Assembly: GCA_035285125.1 (NCBI GenBank)
Contig: JAYKHR010000061.1
Coordinates: 1-59,438, forward strand
Direction of reading: 5' to 3'
DNA length: 59,438 nt
Source: Candidatus Sericytochromatia bacterium
Lineage (GTDB): Bacteria; Cyanobacteriota; Sericytochromatia; S15B-MN24; JAQBPE01
The notes beneath the pieces are model-generated. The model was given only the letters and a program-made list of their open reading frames with translations, was not told the origin of the DNA and searched no databases. This document shows positions 18,219-27,101 of this stretch, one piece after another; position 1 is the first letter of the stretch; every line of letters begins with the position of its first letter. The translations under genes and the position numbers were made by a program.

Positions 18219-18980
18219 GTGTCCAGCTTGCCAGATTGGATCCAGCTGCTCGGGTACCTCTTTTTTGCGGCCGCCCTGCTGGTGGCCCTCTACTTCTTCT
18301 GGCCGGCCGGCGGCGAGGCCAAGACGCCCGTCACCCCAGCCGCCTGGCCCCGGCGCAAGGCGCCTGCGCGTCCGGCGCCTCAAATCGAAGACGTCGCTGC
18401 GCTGATCGAGCGCACGGATGCCCACGAACGCTACGCCGCCGGCCACGCCTCGCGCGTCGCCAAGTTGGCCTCCGCCCTGGCCCATGCGGCGGGCGTCGAG
18501 CGCGAGGAACGGGGCCGCATCCACCAGGCCGCGCTGCTGCACGACCTCGGCATGCTGGACGTCCCCCCGGACCTCATCGCCAAGCCGCAGCTGCTGACGC
18601 AGGTCGAGTTCCAGCAGATCGCGCGCCACACGCTGCGCGGCGCCGCACGGGCGCTGGAGGTCACGGGCGATCGCGAGATCGCGGGCTGGGTTCGCTGGTC
18701 CCACGAGCGCTGGGACGGCCTCGGCTTCCCCGATGGCCTGGCCGGTGAGCAGATCCCGCTCGGGGCGCGCATCCTGCGGCTCGCGGACAGCGCCGAGGCG
18801 ATGCTGCAGGACCGTCCCTACCGGCCAGCCATGGTCCCCGACGCGGTCAAGGCCGAGATCAACCGGCTGGCGGGCATTGCCTTCGACCCGACGCTCGCGG
18901 CCGTCTTCGTCGACTACGTGCTGCCCCGCCAGCTCTTGCAAGAGGTCGCGGGCTCGGAGTCGACGCCGCCCGAGGCCTGA
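18219..18980 (+). CDS. Membrane-anchored HD-GYP domain protein (putative c-di-GMP phosphodiesterase)
   Basis: N-terminal TM helix; GHASRVA, LLHDLG, SHERWDGLGFPDGL.GEQIPLGARI, RPYR. Confidence 0.85.
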   Translation: MSSLPDWIQLLGYLFFAAALLVALYFFWPAGGEAKTPVTPAAWPRRKAPARPAPQIEDVAALIERTDAHERYAAGHASRVAKLASALAHAAGVEREERGRIHQAALLHDLGMLDVPPDLIAKPQLLTQVEFQQIARHTLRGAARALEVTGDREIAGWVRWSHERWDGLGFPDGLAGEQIPLGARILRLADSAEAMLQDRPYRPAMVPDAVKAEINRLAGIAFDPTLAAVFVDYVLPRQLLQEVAGSESTPPEA

Positions 18981-19086
18981 GGTCGCTCCGAGGGGCCGTT
19001 CGGCCGCTCGCTGGCCGGGGCTTGCCCGGGTCGATCTGCCGTGCTATATCTGTGCTGCTTCTGTAACAAAACTTAACGAGGCGCGC

Positions 19087-19299
19087 ATGGTGGTCGGGCA
19101 AATCTGGATCAACGACGTGGCCTGGTCGTGCCACCGCTTCGAGGGGCCGGCCGAGACGCCGGCGGTGGTGGAGGCCCGGCTCAAGCGCCTCGTGGTCGAT
19201 GAGGACCTCCGCCGGCTCGGCGCCGTGCGGCTCGAGGTGCGCCCGTCGAGTGCGTTGCGGCGGCTTCGCCTGGCCCTGTGGCAGCGGCGGGGTCAGTAG
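19087..19299 (+). CDS. Small hypothetical protein (70 aa)
   Basis: GAGG RBS, ATG, high-GC3 codon usage; putative promoter TTGCCC-17-TATATC upstream. Confidence 0.55.
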   Translation: MVVGQIWINDVAWSCHRFEGPAETPAVVEARLKRLVVDEDLRRLGAVRLEVRPSSALRRLRLALWQRRGQ

Positions 19300-19425
19300 C
19301 GTCGCTCGCGCCCGCGCCTGGCGAGCGGAGGGCGGGGCGACGTCGGGGCACGGGCGGTGGCACAGGGCCGGGCAAGGATTCTGTACCCGCGTGGGGGCGC
19401 TGAGGCTCCTCGGGTTGCGGGGCCG

Positions 19426-20832
19426 TCAGCCCCGCTCCAGGCGCACCACGCACTCGACGTGGGCCGTCTGCGGGAACATGTCGACGGGCTGGACGTGGGC
19501 CAGCCGGTACCCGCCGTCGAGCAGCACGCGGACGTCGCGCGCCAGCGTTGCCGGGTTGCAGGACACGTAAACGACGCATGGGGGCTCGGCCTCCAGCAGG
19601 GCCTGAAGCACGGGCGGCTCGCAGCCCTTGCGGGGTGGGTCGAGCACCACGCCGTCGGGGCGCTCGCCCTGCGCGACCAGGGCCGGCAGCACCGCCTCGA
19701 CGCGCCCCGTGACGAAGGTGGTGCGGTCCGACAGGCCGTTGGCCGCGGCGTTGGCCCGGGCATCCGCGGTGGCGGCCCCGACGATCTCGATGCCCGTCAC
19801 GTGCCCGGCTCCGTGGGCGGCGAGGTACAGCGCGATCGCACCCGTGCCGCCGTACGCGTCGATCCAGCGCGGCCCGCCGGAAGCCTGCGCGCCGGGCAGC
19901 GCGCAGGCCCGCACCACCTCGTCGTAGAGCACCTCCACGGCGGCGCCGTTCACCTGGAAGAAGGACTGCGGGGAGATGGCGAGCGTGAGCCGCGGGCCAA
20001 GGGCCTCGCGGATCACGCCGGGCCCGTAGAGGACCCGGGTTTCAGAGCCCAGCAGCTTGTTGCCCCCGCCCGGGTGGACGTTCAGCACGAAGGTCGTGAG
20101 CTCGGGCAGCAGGCGCCGGGCAGCCTCCACCCAGTCGCGTTCGCGGCGCAGCTCCGGCTTGCGGGCCACCAGCCCCAGCATCACCTCACCCGTGCGGTGC
20201 CCCACCTTGGCGAAGGCGGAGCGCAGGAAGCCCGTGCCGCGCTGCTCGTCGTACGGGGGCGGGTCGAACTCGGCGAGCAGGCCCCGCACGGCCTCCTGCG
20301 CCTTGGTGAGCAGCGGGTGCTGGATGGCGCAGGCCTCCACGTCGGCGATCGCGTGGGAGCGGGGCTCGTAGAGGCCCACCCGCCAGCCGTCCGCCTCCTG
20401 CCCGACGGCCCAATGCACCTTGTTGCGGTATTGCCAGGCCTGTGGCGAGGGCAGGCACGGGCGGAGCACTGCGCCCGCGTCGACCTTGCCGAGGCGGGTG
20501 AAGGCCTCCGCCACCACCTGCGTTTTCCAGCGCACCTGGGCGTCTGCGGCGAGCATCTGCCACTGGCAGCCACCACACCGCCCGAAGGCCGGGCAAGGGG
20601 GCGTCACCCGGTCGGGGCCAGGCTGCACCACGTGCGCGACCAGCGCCCGGGCATAGCCTGGCTTGGTGCTGATGACGCGGGCCTCGACGACGTCGCCGGG
20701 CACGGCGAGCGGCACGAAGACCGGCAGCCCGTCAGCGCGGCTTAGGCCCTCGCCGCCCGCCACGAGGGACTCGACCTCCAGCTGGGGCTGGTCTCCGACC
20801 CGCAGCCCGCCCTCTCGCTCGCGCGTTTCCAT
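19426..20832 (-). CDS. rlmD: 23S rRNA (uracil-1939-C5)-methyltransferase
   Basis: TRAM N-terminus, CPAFGRCGGC Fe-S motif, YRNK, SFFQVN, DAYGGTG, DPPRKG, YVSCNPATLARD, DMFPQTAHVE. Confidence 0.93.
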   Translation of the reverse strand: METREREGGLRVGDQPQLEVESLVAGGEGLSRADGLPVFVPLAVPGDVVEARVISTKPGYARALVAHVVQPGPDRVTPPCPAFGRCGGCQWQMLAADAQVRWKTQVVAEAFTRLGKVDAGAVLRPCLPSPQAWQYRNKVHWAVGQEADGWRVGLYEPRSHAIADVEACAIQHPLLTKAQEAVRGLLAEFDPPPYDEQRGTGFLRSAFAKVGHRTGEVMLGLVARKPELRRERDWVEAARRLLPELTTFVLNVHPGGGNKLLGSETRVLYGPGVIREALGPRLTLAISPQSFFQVNGAAVEVLYDEVVRACALPGAQASGGPRWIDAYGGTGAIALYLAAHGAGHVTGIEIVGAATADARANAAANGLSDRTTFVTGRVEAVLPALVAQGERPDGVVLDPPRKGCEPPVLQALLEAEPPCVVYVSCNPATLARDVRVLLDGGYRLAHVQPVDMFPQTAHVECVVRLERG

Positions 20833-20836
20833 CGCC

Positions 20837-21616
20837 TCAAGCCTCCTGGCCGCGCAGGAGCGCGTGCAGCCGGTCAGGGTAGTTGGTGCCGATCATGTCC
20901 ACGCCCTGCGACAGGGCGTAGCCCAACTCGCGCTCGGTGTTGGGGGCCCAGCAGCCGACCCACTTGCCGGCGGCGTGGGCGGCCTCGACCATGTCGCGCT
21001 CGACAAAAGAAAAGTTCGGCAGCAGCCCGTCTGCCCCGGCGCCGGTGGCGAGGTGGATGGCGTCTACCGGGCGGGCGGCGTAGAGCACGCCCGTGCACCA
21101 GCTGGGCCGCGCCTGCTTGAGCCCGAGCGGCACGAAGTGGTCGAACGAGATGAAGGCGACGTCGTCGGCGGCCCCGAGGCGGTCGACGAGGGCGATAGCG
21201 GCTTCGACGACGGCCCGGGCGTTCAAGTTGCGCTTGAACTCGATCACGACGGGCAGCTTCACGCCGCGCGCCCAGCCCAGCACCTCCTCGAGCGTCGGGA
21301 TGCGAGCGCCGGCGTGCTCGGCCGAGAACCAGCGGCCCGCGTCGAGCTGCTGCAACTGCGCCAGCGTCAGGGCCGCAAGCTCCCCACGGCCGTCGGTGGT
21401 GCGGTCCAGCGTCTCATCGTGGTGCACCACCAGCACACCGTCGGCCGACAGGTGCACGTCCAGCTCGATGGCCTCCACGCCGAGCTCGTTGGCCAGCTGG
21501 AAGCTCGCCATCGTGTTCTCGGGGGCGTGGCCCATCGCCCCGCGGTGCCCCATCACGAGGGGGCGGCCCAGCTCGGCCTTGAGGCGCATCAGATCGGGGA
21601 ACGACATCGACGGCAC
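20837..21616 (-). CDS. Glycerophosphodiester phosphodiesterase family protein
   Basis: GHRGA...PENTMASF, IELDVHLSADG..VVHHD.TLDRTT, IPTLEE, GVDMIGTNYP. Only the C-terminal ~260 aa of the 1304-aa track ORF are coding; GTG start after AAGGAAGG. Confidence 0.9.
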   Translation of the reverse strand: MPSMSFPDLMRLKAELGRPLVMGHRGAMGHAPENTMASFQLANELGVEAIELDVHLSADGVLVVHHDETLDRTTDGRGELAALTLAQLQQLDAGRWFSAEHAGARIPTLEEVLGWARGVKLPVVIEFKRNLNARAVVEAAIALVDRLGAADDVAFISFDHFVPLGLKQARPSWCTGVLYAARPVDAIHLATGAGADGLLPNFSFVERDMVEAAHAAGKWVGCWAPNTERELGYALSQGVDMIGTNYPDRLHALLRGQEA

Positions 21617-21775
21617 GGTGGGCCTTCCTTTCGGCGCTCTATCGTAGCAGACGGGGGCCCCCGCCGCCGCCCGGGCGGCGGCCGAAGCCGCGGGCCGATG
21701 TTTCGGGTATCCTGACCGACGGGTAAGGGGACAGCCCTGCCTTCCATCAAGACGTGCTTCGAGGTGTCTCCCGCC

Positions 21776-23149
21776 ATGCGCCACGTTGGCTCCGCGCTCT
21801 GCCTCTCCTTGCTCCTGGCCGCCTGCAGCCAGCCGCCCGCCGCGACGCCACCCGCGCCCTCCCTCGGGGCCGCGCCGGCCGCGTCGCAGGCCCCCCTTAC
21901 GGCCCCGGTGGCCGGCCGCGTGCAGGTGGTGGGGCAGCTGCGGATCCCGGCGGGCCTCGCCCTGGCCTCCTCGGCAAAGCTGGTGAGCGAGCGGGCCGCC
22001 GGCCTGATCGCGAACAACGCCGGGGGGCTGGTCTCCAACAACGTCGGGGGCCTGCTGGGCCTCGGGGCCGACGGGCGGCTCGCCCGGCCGGCGTTCCGCC
22101 TTCAGCAGCTGCAAACGGCCGGCGTCGAGGGCGCGCGGGTCTACGTCGCAGACCAGGCCGGCAACCCCATCCCCGGCATCCCGGAGGTGCGCTCCGACGG
22201 AGAGGCTCGCTTCACGCTGGGCCAGGTGCCGGCCGAGGAGGTGTTCGTGATCGTTGCCGAGGTGCCGACGGCGGGGGGCAAGCCCGCGCTCTTCCGCACC
22301 ATCGTGCAGGTCGGCAAGTTCGGTGCCACCACGACCGTCGATCCCCCGAGCACCCTCGTGGCCTTCCACGTGCTCGACGGGTTGCCGGCGGGTGCCCTCG
22401 GCAACTTCAACCCGGCCAAGTTCCAGACAGCCTCGGAGGCCACCGGGCGCAACCTCACGGCGGACAAGCTGCCCGACTTCACGGACGTCCTCGCCATCAA
22501 GGCCAAGATGGCGGAGCTTGTGGCGCTTGTCCAGGAACTCAGGGAACTCCTGGTGGACGTCCGCAAGGACCTCGCCGAGATCAAGAGCTCGCTCGACGCG
22601 CTGCGGGCCTCCCCGCCCGCAGGCCAGCCGCAGGCCAGCCCCGCGCCCGCTGCGTCGGGGGTGCCCGCGGCCACCGCGGCGCCGGCGTCCTCGGCCCCTG
22701 TGATGCTTCCTTCGGCTGCGACGCCCGTGACGCCCGTAGCCACCGCTCCGGCATCCCCGTCTCCCGGTGCGGCGCCATCCACCGTGGCTTCCGCGCCCGC
22801 CGTGTTGCCCTCGGTCGCGGCCTCGGCGCCTGCCGCGTCGGTCGCGCCGTCCATCGCCCCGAGCCCCTCTCCCACCGCCGCCTTGGGCTGCGGTGGCGCC
22901 AGGACGTCCCACACCTTCGCGGTGGGCAACCCGACCATCCAACGCCTGGGGGTCGCAATCTTCAACCCGATGAACCCCTTCGATGAGGGCGCCATCTTCG
23001 CGTCCGGGGCGGTCTCCGGTGGAATGGTCAAGCTCTCGGTGCCCGAGGGCTGCCAGCTGCAGTTCTTCATCGACTTTGGCCCCGGCTGGATGCCCGAACG
23101 GACGACGACCGTGCCAGAGGGCTCCGGGGGCGCGACCCTGCCGTTCTGA
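21776..23149 (+). CDS. Lipoprotein with IANNAGGL-type repeat, coiled coil and Ala/Pro/Ser-rich linker
   Basis: GAGGTG RBS, lipobox LAAC, GLIANNAGGLVSNNVGGL, heptad segment MAELVALVQELRELLVDVRKDLAEIKSSLDAL. Confidence 0.75.
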   Translation: MRHVGSALCLSLLLAACSQPPAATPPAPSLGAAPAASQAPLTAPVAGRVQVVGQLRIPAGLALASSAKLVSERAAGLIANNAGGLVSNNVGGLLGLGADGRLARPAFRLQQLQTAGVEGARVYVADQAGNPIPGIPEVRSDGEARFTLGQVPAEEVFVIVAEVPTAGGKPALFRTIVQVGKFGATTTVDPPSTLVAFHVLDGLPAGALGNFNPAKFQTASEATGRNLTADKLPDFTDVLAIKAKMAELVALVQELRELLVDVRKDLAEIKSSLDALRASPPAGQPQASPAPAASGVPAATAAPASSAPVMLPSAATPVTPVATAPASPSPGAAPSTVASAPAVLPSVAASAPAASVAPSIAPSPSPTAALGCGGARTSHTFAVGNPTIQRLGVAIFNPMNPFDEGAIFASGAVSGGMVKLSVPEGCQLQFFIDFGPGWMPERTTTVPEGSGGATLPF

Positions 23150-23157
23150 ACCGCGCC

Positions 23158-26055
23158 TCAGAAGGTCACGTAGAGCCCCGGTGCCAGGCCCCTGCCGAGC
23201 GCCTGGGCCAGCCCGAGGCGGGGCGCCAGGGGTTGGCTCCCGGCCATCGTCGCCCGCAGCCGCAGCTCGAGCCCGACGCTGCCGAGCTGTTCGGGGGGCG
23301 TCGGGGCGCCCCACGTCGAGCCCCCCTCCGCGAAGGCCGACAGGTACAGCCTGTCGAGGTACAGCGGCCCGAGCGAGCGGTCGAGGTGGGTGGCGAGCGG
23401 CAAGGTGTAGGCGAGGCCGGTGGTGGCGAGGCGGCTGCCGCGGAGTGCCCCCACCGCGTGGCCGCGCAGGGCGAGCACCTGGCCCGAGCCGTTGGGCCCC
23501 CCGAGCAGCAGCGGCTGCGGGGCCTCGCCCTCGATGCCTCCGGCTGCGAAGGTCCACGTCAGGTGGTGCTGCCAGCCGGCCACCAGGGGGAAGTACCGCT
23601 CCCCTTGCAGCAGCCACTGGTTGAACGCGAAGGCGCTGCCGAGCGCCGGGGGGGAGGCCGTCCAACCGAGGGCCAGGCGGTGGCCTTCCGCCGGGTTGAG
23701 CTCGGCGTCGAGCGTCGGGCGGACCAGCTGCTCGGAGAGGGTGGCGCTGACGGTGTTGAGGGCCCCCTCGCGCACCGTGCCGGCGAGCACCGGGGGCGTG
23801 AGGGTGCCCAGGTGAGCCGCCTGGGCTTGAGCGGCCACCGCCCGGCCACCGCCGAGCGCCAGCCGTAGCCCGAGGGAGACCCCTTGCAGGCGCTGCAGGT
23901 ACAGGCTCTCCTGCAGGGGGCGGCCGGCCGTGCCGACGTCCGGCGCGAGGCCTAGCTGGGGCGTGTCGAAGACGCGGCCGGTCCAGCTCGCGTGGCCCAT
24001 CCGGTTCGTGTAGGCCGCGGTGTAGGCAAAACGCTGGCTCAGCAGCCCCCAGCGCACGTCGAGCCCGAGCTCCTGCTGCCGCAAGACGTCGCTGAACATG
24101 GCGGCCAGCCCGAGCTGCTGCCCGCGCTCGTCTGCCGTCAGCGAGGGCATGATCAGGTCCTGCGTGAGCTCTGAGCGGTAAGACGTCACAGGGCCGACGG
24201 GGAGGTCTGCGGTGGGCTGGCTCGGGAGCCCGGTCCAGCTCCAGACGCGCGGGCCGCCGGGGCCTGCCGCCAGGGTCTGGAGGCCCGCGCCGGGAGGGAG
24301 CGGGGCCTGGGGCACCTCGGTGTCGGCCGCTGGCCGGACGGGCGGGGGAGGGCCGTCGCTGCCCGCCGCGCCACCGGGCCCCAGCGGCACCTCCAGCAGC
24401 TCCGTGCCGCGGGCAAGGAAGGTGGAGAAGAGCAGCCGGTGGCCGTCTGGCGACACGCTCGGGCCCTCCGCGCCCCGCCAGGTCCGGGTGAGGCGGCGCT
24501 GGTGGCCTGTCAGGAGGTCGAGCATATGCAGGTTGGCCATCCCGTCCCTGTCGCTGGCGTACACCAGCGCACGCCCATCCGGCGTCCAGCACGGGGCGCT
24601 GTCCCCGCCCCGCGGGGGCACGGCCGTCAGCCACGCCTGGCTGCGGGTGCGCCAGTCGAGTAGCACGAGGCGGCCGCCGTCGCCGGGCTGGAAGGCCACG
24701 GCCGCGAGTTGCCGGCCGTCGGGCGAGAACGCGAGGTCCCGCCACTGCCACCCCGCCGGCAGCGTCAGCATCGGCGTCAGGGTGCGCGTGTGGCGGTCCA
24801 CCGTCGAGAGGGTGTTGACCCCGTCTTGCAGGGTGACGACGGCGATCGTGGGGCTACCCGGTCGCCAGGCGAGGGCGACCACGTGCAGGTCCGTCGTCAG
24901 CCGCGTGGCGCGGCCAGAGGCGACGTCGACCACGTGGGCGTCGACCACCGGGTTCCCGGCGCCGTCGCGTCCCAGCCTGGTGTGGGCCAGCTCCCGGCCA
25001 TCGGGAGACCAGTCGAAGAGCATCACGCCCCCCTGCCCGCCGGGCAGCCTGCGCGCGCCCGCCCCGTCGGGCGCCGCCACGGCCAGCGAGAGCAGGCCCT
25101 GCACCTGGCCGCGCAGGTACAGGAACCGGTCCTGCCCGTCGCTCGTGAGGAAGGCCAGCCGGCGGCCGTCCGGGGAGAGCCGCGGGCGGACATGCACCGT
25201 GCCACCCTCCGAGGCCGCCAGGCGCCGGGCCTGCGGGGGGCGGTCATCCAGCCCGGCCGTCTGTCGGGTGTAGTGCGTCCGGGCCTGGGCTCGCCAGCGG
25301 GCCTCCACGGCCTCCAGCGACGCCCCACACGCCAGGGCGATCGCCTGGGCCACGGTGTGGCGACCCGATCGCAGGTGGGCGAAGAAGGCCGCGATACGCC
25401 CCTGCTCGGGCTCCCCGAAGAGCTCGCGGCACAGGGCGTAGCCCTCGTTGTAGCCGGCTGCGCCCACATGGACGCCGAGCTGGCGGAAGTGCGCCCGTTC
25501 CCCGGGCGTGAGCAGCCGGTCCTCCAGCGTGGCGAGCCTCAGCAACCGGTCGAGCGAGGGGTACCAGCGCTCGGCCGCCAGCTGCGCCACGCCCTCCAGC
25601 AGCCATGTCGGAAGGGTGCCGAGGAGGTTGAGCCGCGTGAGCGCGTGCCCCCCCTGCAGGGCCCGGAAGGTCATCACGTGGGCAAGTTCGTGGGCCACGA
25701 AGCGCCGCGTGCCCACCACCGACGAGGCCGCCAGCACGGGGTCCAGCGTGATTCGATCCTTGAGCGGCTCGGCCTCGCCGTTGAAGAAGGCGTCCTGGTC
25801 CAGGATGATCGGGATGGGGGGCCCCGGCTGCGCGCCGAACACCCGCTGCAGGCGGGGGTATGCCTCCTCCGCCGCGGCGGCCACCCGGCGGGCCGTCTCG
25901 TGCACCCCAGGGTAGGCGTGGACCCGGAAGTGCGGGGTCTCCTGAACGAACCAGCGTCGCTCCGGGTGGTGCGCGGCCCAGGCGGGCCCCGGGCAGAGGG
26001 AGAGCGTCGCCAGCGCCAGGGGGGCGGTCCAGCGTGGCAGGCGGCAAGGGGGCAC
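23158..26055 (-). CDS. Secreted fusion: gluzincin (Peptidase MA-like) + TolB/WD40 (PD40) propeller + Omp85/BamA-like beta-barrel
   Basis: Signal peptide; HELAH + W..EG; repeated (W/F/L/V)SPDG; C-terminal amphipathic strands with LRGH motif and terminal Phe (GLYVTF). Confidence 0.75.
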   Translation of the reverse strand: MPPCRLPRWTAPLALATLSLCPGPAWAAHHPERRWFVQETPHFRVHAYPGVHETARRVAAAAEEAYPRLQRVFGAQPGPPIPIILDQDAFFNGEAEPLKDRITLDPVLAASSVVGTRRFVAHELAHVMTFRALQGGHALTRLNLLGTLPTWLLEGVAQLAAERWYPSLDRLLRLATLEDRLLTPGERAHFRQLGVHVGAAGYNEGYALCRELFGEPEQGRIAAFFAHLRSGRHTVAQAIALACGASLEAVEARWRAQARTHYTRQTAGLDDRPPQARRLAASEGGTVHVRPRLSPDGRRLAFLTSDGQDRFLYLRGQVQGLLSLAVAAPDGAGARRLPGGQGGVMLFDWSPDGRELAHTRLGRDGAGNPVVDAHVVDVASGRATRLTTDLHVVALAWRPGSPTIAVVTLQDGVNTLSTVDRHTRTLTPMLTLPAGWQWRDLAFSPDGRQLAAVAFQPGDGGRLVLLDWRTRSQAWLTAVPPRGGDSAPCWTPDGRALVYASDRDGMANLHMLDLLTGHQRRLTRTWRGAEGPSVSPDGHRLLFSTFLARGTELLEVPLGPGGAAGSDGPPPPVRPAADTEVPQAPLPPGAGLQTLAAGPGGPRVWSWTGLPSQPTADLPVGPVTSYRSELTQDLIMPSLTADERGQQLGLAAMFSDVLRQQELGLDVRWGLLSQRFAYTAAYTNRMGHASWTGRVFDTPQLGLAPDVGTAGRPLQESLYLQRLQGVSLGLRLALGGGRAVAAQAQAAHLGTLTPPVLAGTVREGALNTVSATLSEQLVRPTLDAELNPAEGHRLALGWTASPPALGSAFAFNQWLLQGERYFPLVAGWQHHLTWTFAAGGIEGEAPQPLLLGGPNGSGQVLALRGHAVGALRGSRLATTGLAYTLPLATHLDRSLGPLYLDRLYLSAFAEGGSTWGAPTPPEQLGSVGLELRLRATMAGSQPLAPRLGLAQALGRGLAPGLYVTF

Positions 26056-26333
26056 GAGGGGGGCTCCGCGGGGGTGTCGAACACCCGGTCCATACCCCCC
26101 GGTATGCTGGCCTGACGCCGGCCGGGCGAGCCTTTGGAGCTCCCGCTGCCGTTAAACTTCGTGAACCTCCGCTAGGCGCCCCGGCGAGAGGGGTATACTC
26201 CCGTTAAGTTTTTCAAGGGCTGATCAACGGCCCGTCAAAACAGGGTTTCCTTCCGCTTTTCCCCCCGCCACTCCCAGCGCACCCACAAACCGTCCCGTGT
26301 CGCTGGGGGCAGCCCCGATGGAGGTCACGGCCC

Positions 26334-27053
26334 ATGGCCGCAGCCAAGATCCTCGTCGTCGACGACGAGCCCTCGATCGTCAAGAGCATCCAGTACAGCC
26401 TCGAGAAGGAGGGCTACGTTGTCGTCACGGCGGCAGATGGCCAGCAGGCCCTCGAGGTGGCGCGGCGCGAGAAGCCCAACCTCGTCGTGCTCGACGTCAT
26501 GCTGCCCTTGCTCGACGGCTACGAGGTCTGCCGCCAGCTTCGCCAGGAGATGCCGGTTCCCGTCATCATGCTGACGGCCAAGGGCGAGGAGATCGACAAG
26601 GTCGTCGGCCTCGAGATCGGGGCGGACGAGTACGTCACCAAGCCCTTCAGCCTGCGCGAGCTGCTGGCCCGCGTGAAGGCCCTGCTCCGCCTGGTCAACC
26701 GCTACGGCGAGCAGAAGCAGGCGCAGCCGGACAAGATCGAGGTGGGGGACCTGATCATCGACCTCACGCGCCACGAGGTGACGCTGGGCGGCCGCGTGCT
26801 GAACCTGACGCTCAAGGAATACGAACTGCTGAAGCTGCTGGCGCTCAACGCCAACAAGGTCCTCAGCCGCGAGTACCTCATCGAGCAGGTCTGGGGCTAC
26901 GACTTCACCGGGGAGGGGCGCACGGTCGACGTGCACATCCACTGGCTGCGTGAGAAGATCGAGAAGGACCCCAACCACCCGATGCGGATCCAGACCGTGC
27001 GGGGCGTCGGCTACCGCTTCGAACGTCGGACCCGGCCAGCCGAGGTGTCCTGA
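26334..27053 (+). CDS. OmpR/PhoB-family response regulator (PhoP/WalR/SphR-like)
   Basis: ILVVDDE, LDVMLP, MLTAKGEEIDKVVGLEIGADEYVTKPF, RTVDVHIHWLREKIE, TVRGVGYRF. Confidence 0.95.
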   Translation: MAAAKILVVDDEPSIVKSIQYSLEKEGYVVVTAADGQQALEVARREKPNLVVLDVMLPLLDGYEVCRQLRQEMPVPVIMLTAKGEEIDKVVGLEIGADEYVTKPFSLRELLARVKALLRLVNRYGEQKQAQPDKIEVGDLIIDLTRHEVTLGGRVLNLTLKEYELLKLLALNANKVLSREYLIEQVWGYDFTGEGRTVDVHIHWLREKIEKDPNHPMRIQTVRGVGYRFERRTRPAEVS

Positions 27054-27101
27054 GGTCCTCGCCCGAGTCCCCTCACGACCCGACGCCGCTCCCATCACCT
27101 G

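Noticed and set aside
19063..19077. NtcA site (GTA-N8-TAC)
   Set aside because: It reads GTA-N8-TAA and fits a direct-repeat site better than the palindrome.
20837..24751. 1304-aa minus-strand ORF as a giant GDPD fusion
   Set aside because: The N-terminal ~1040 aa are Arg/Pro/Gly-rich shadow translation overlapping two real genes. Only the last ~260 aa have GDPD motifs and their own RBS.
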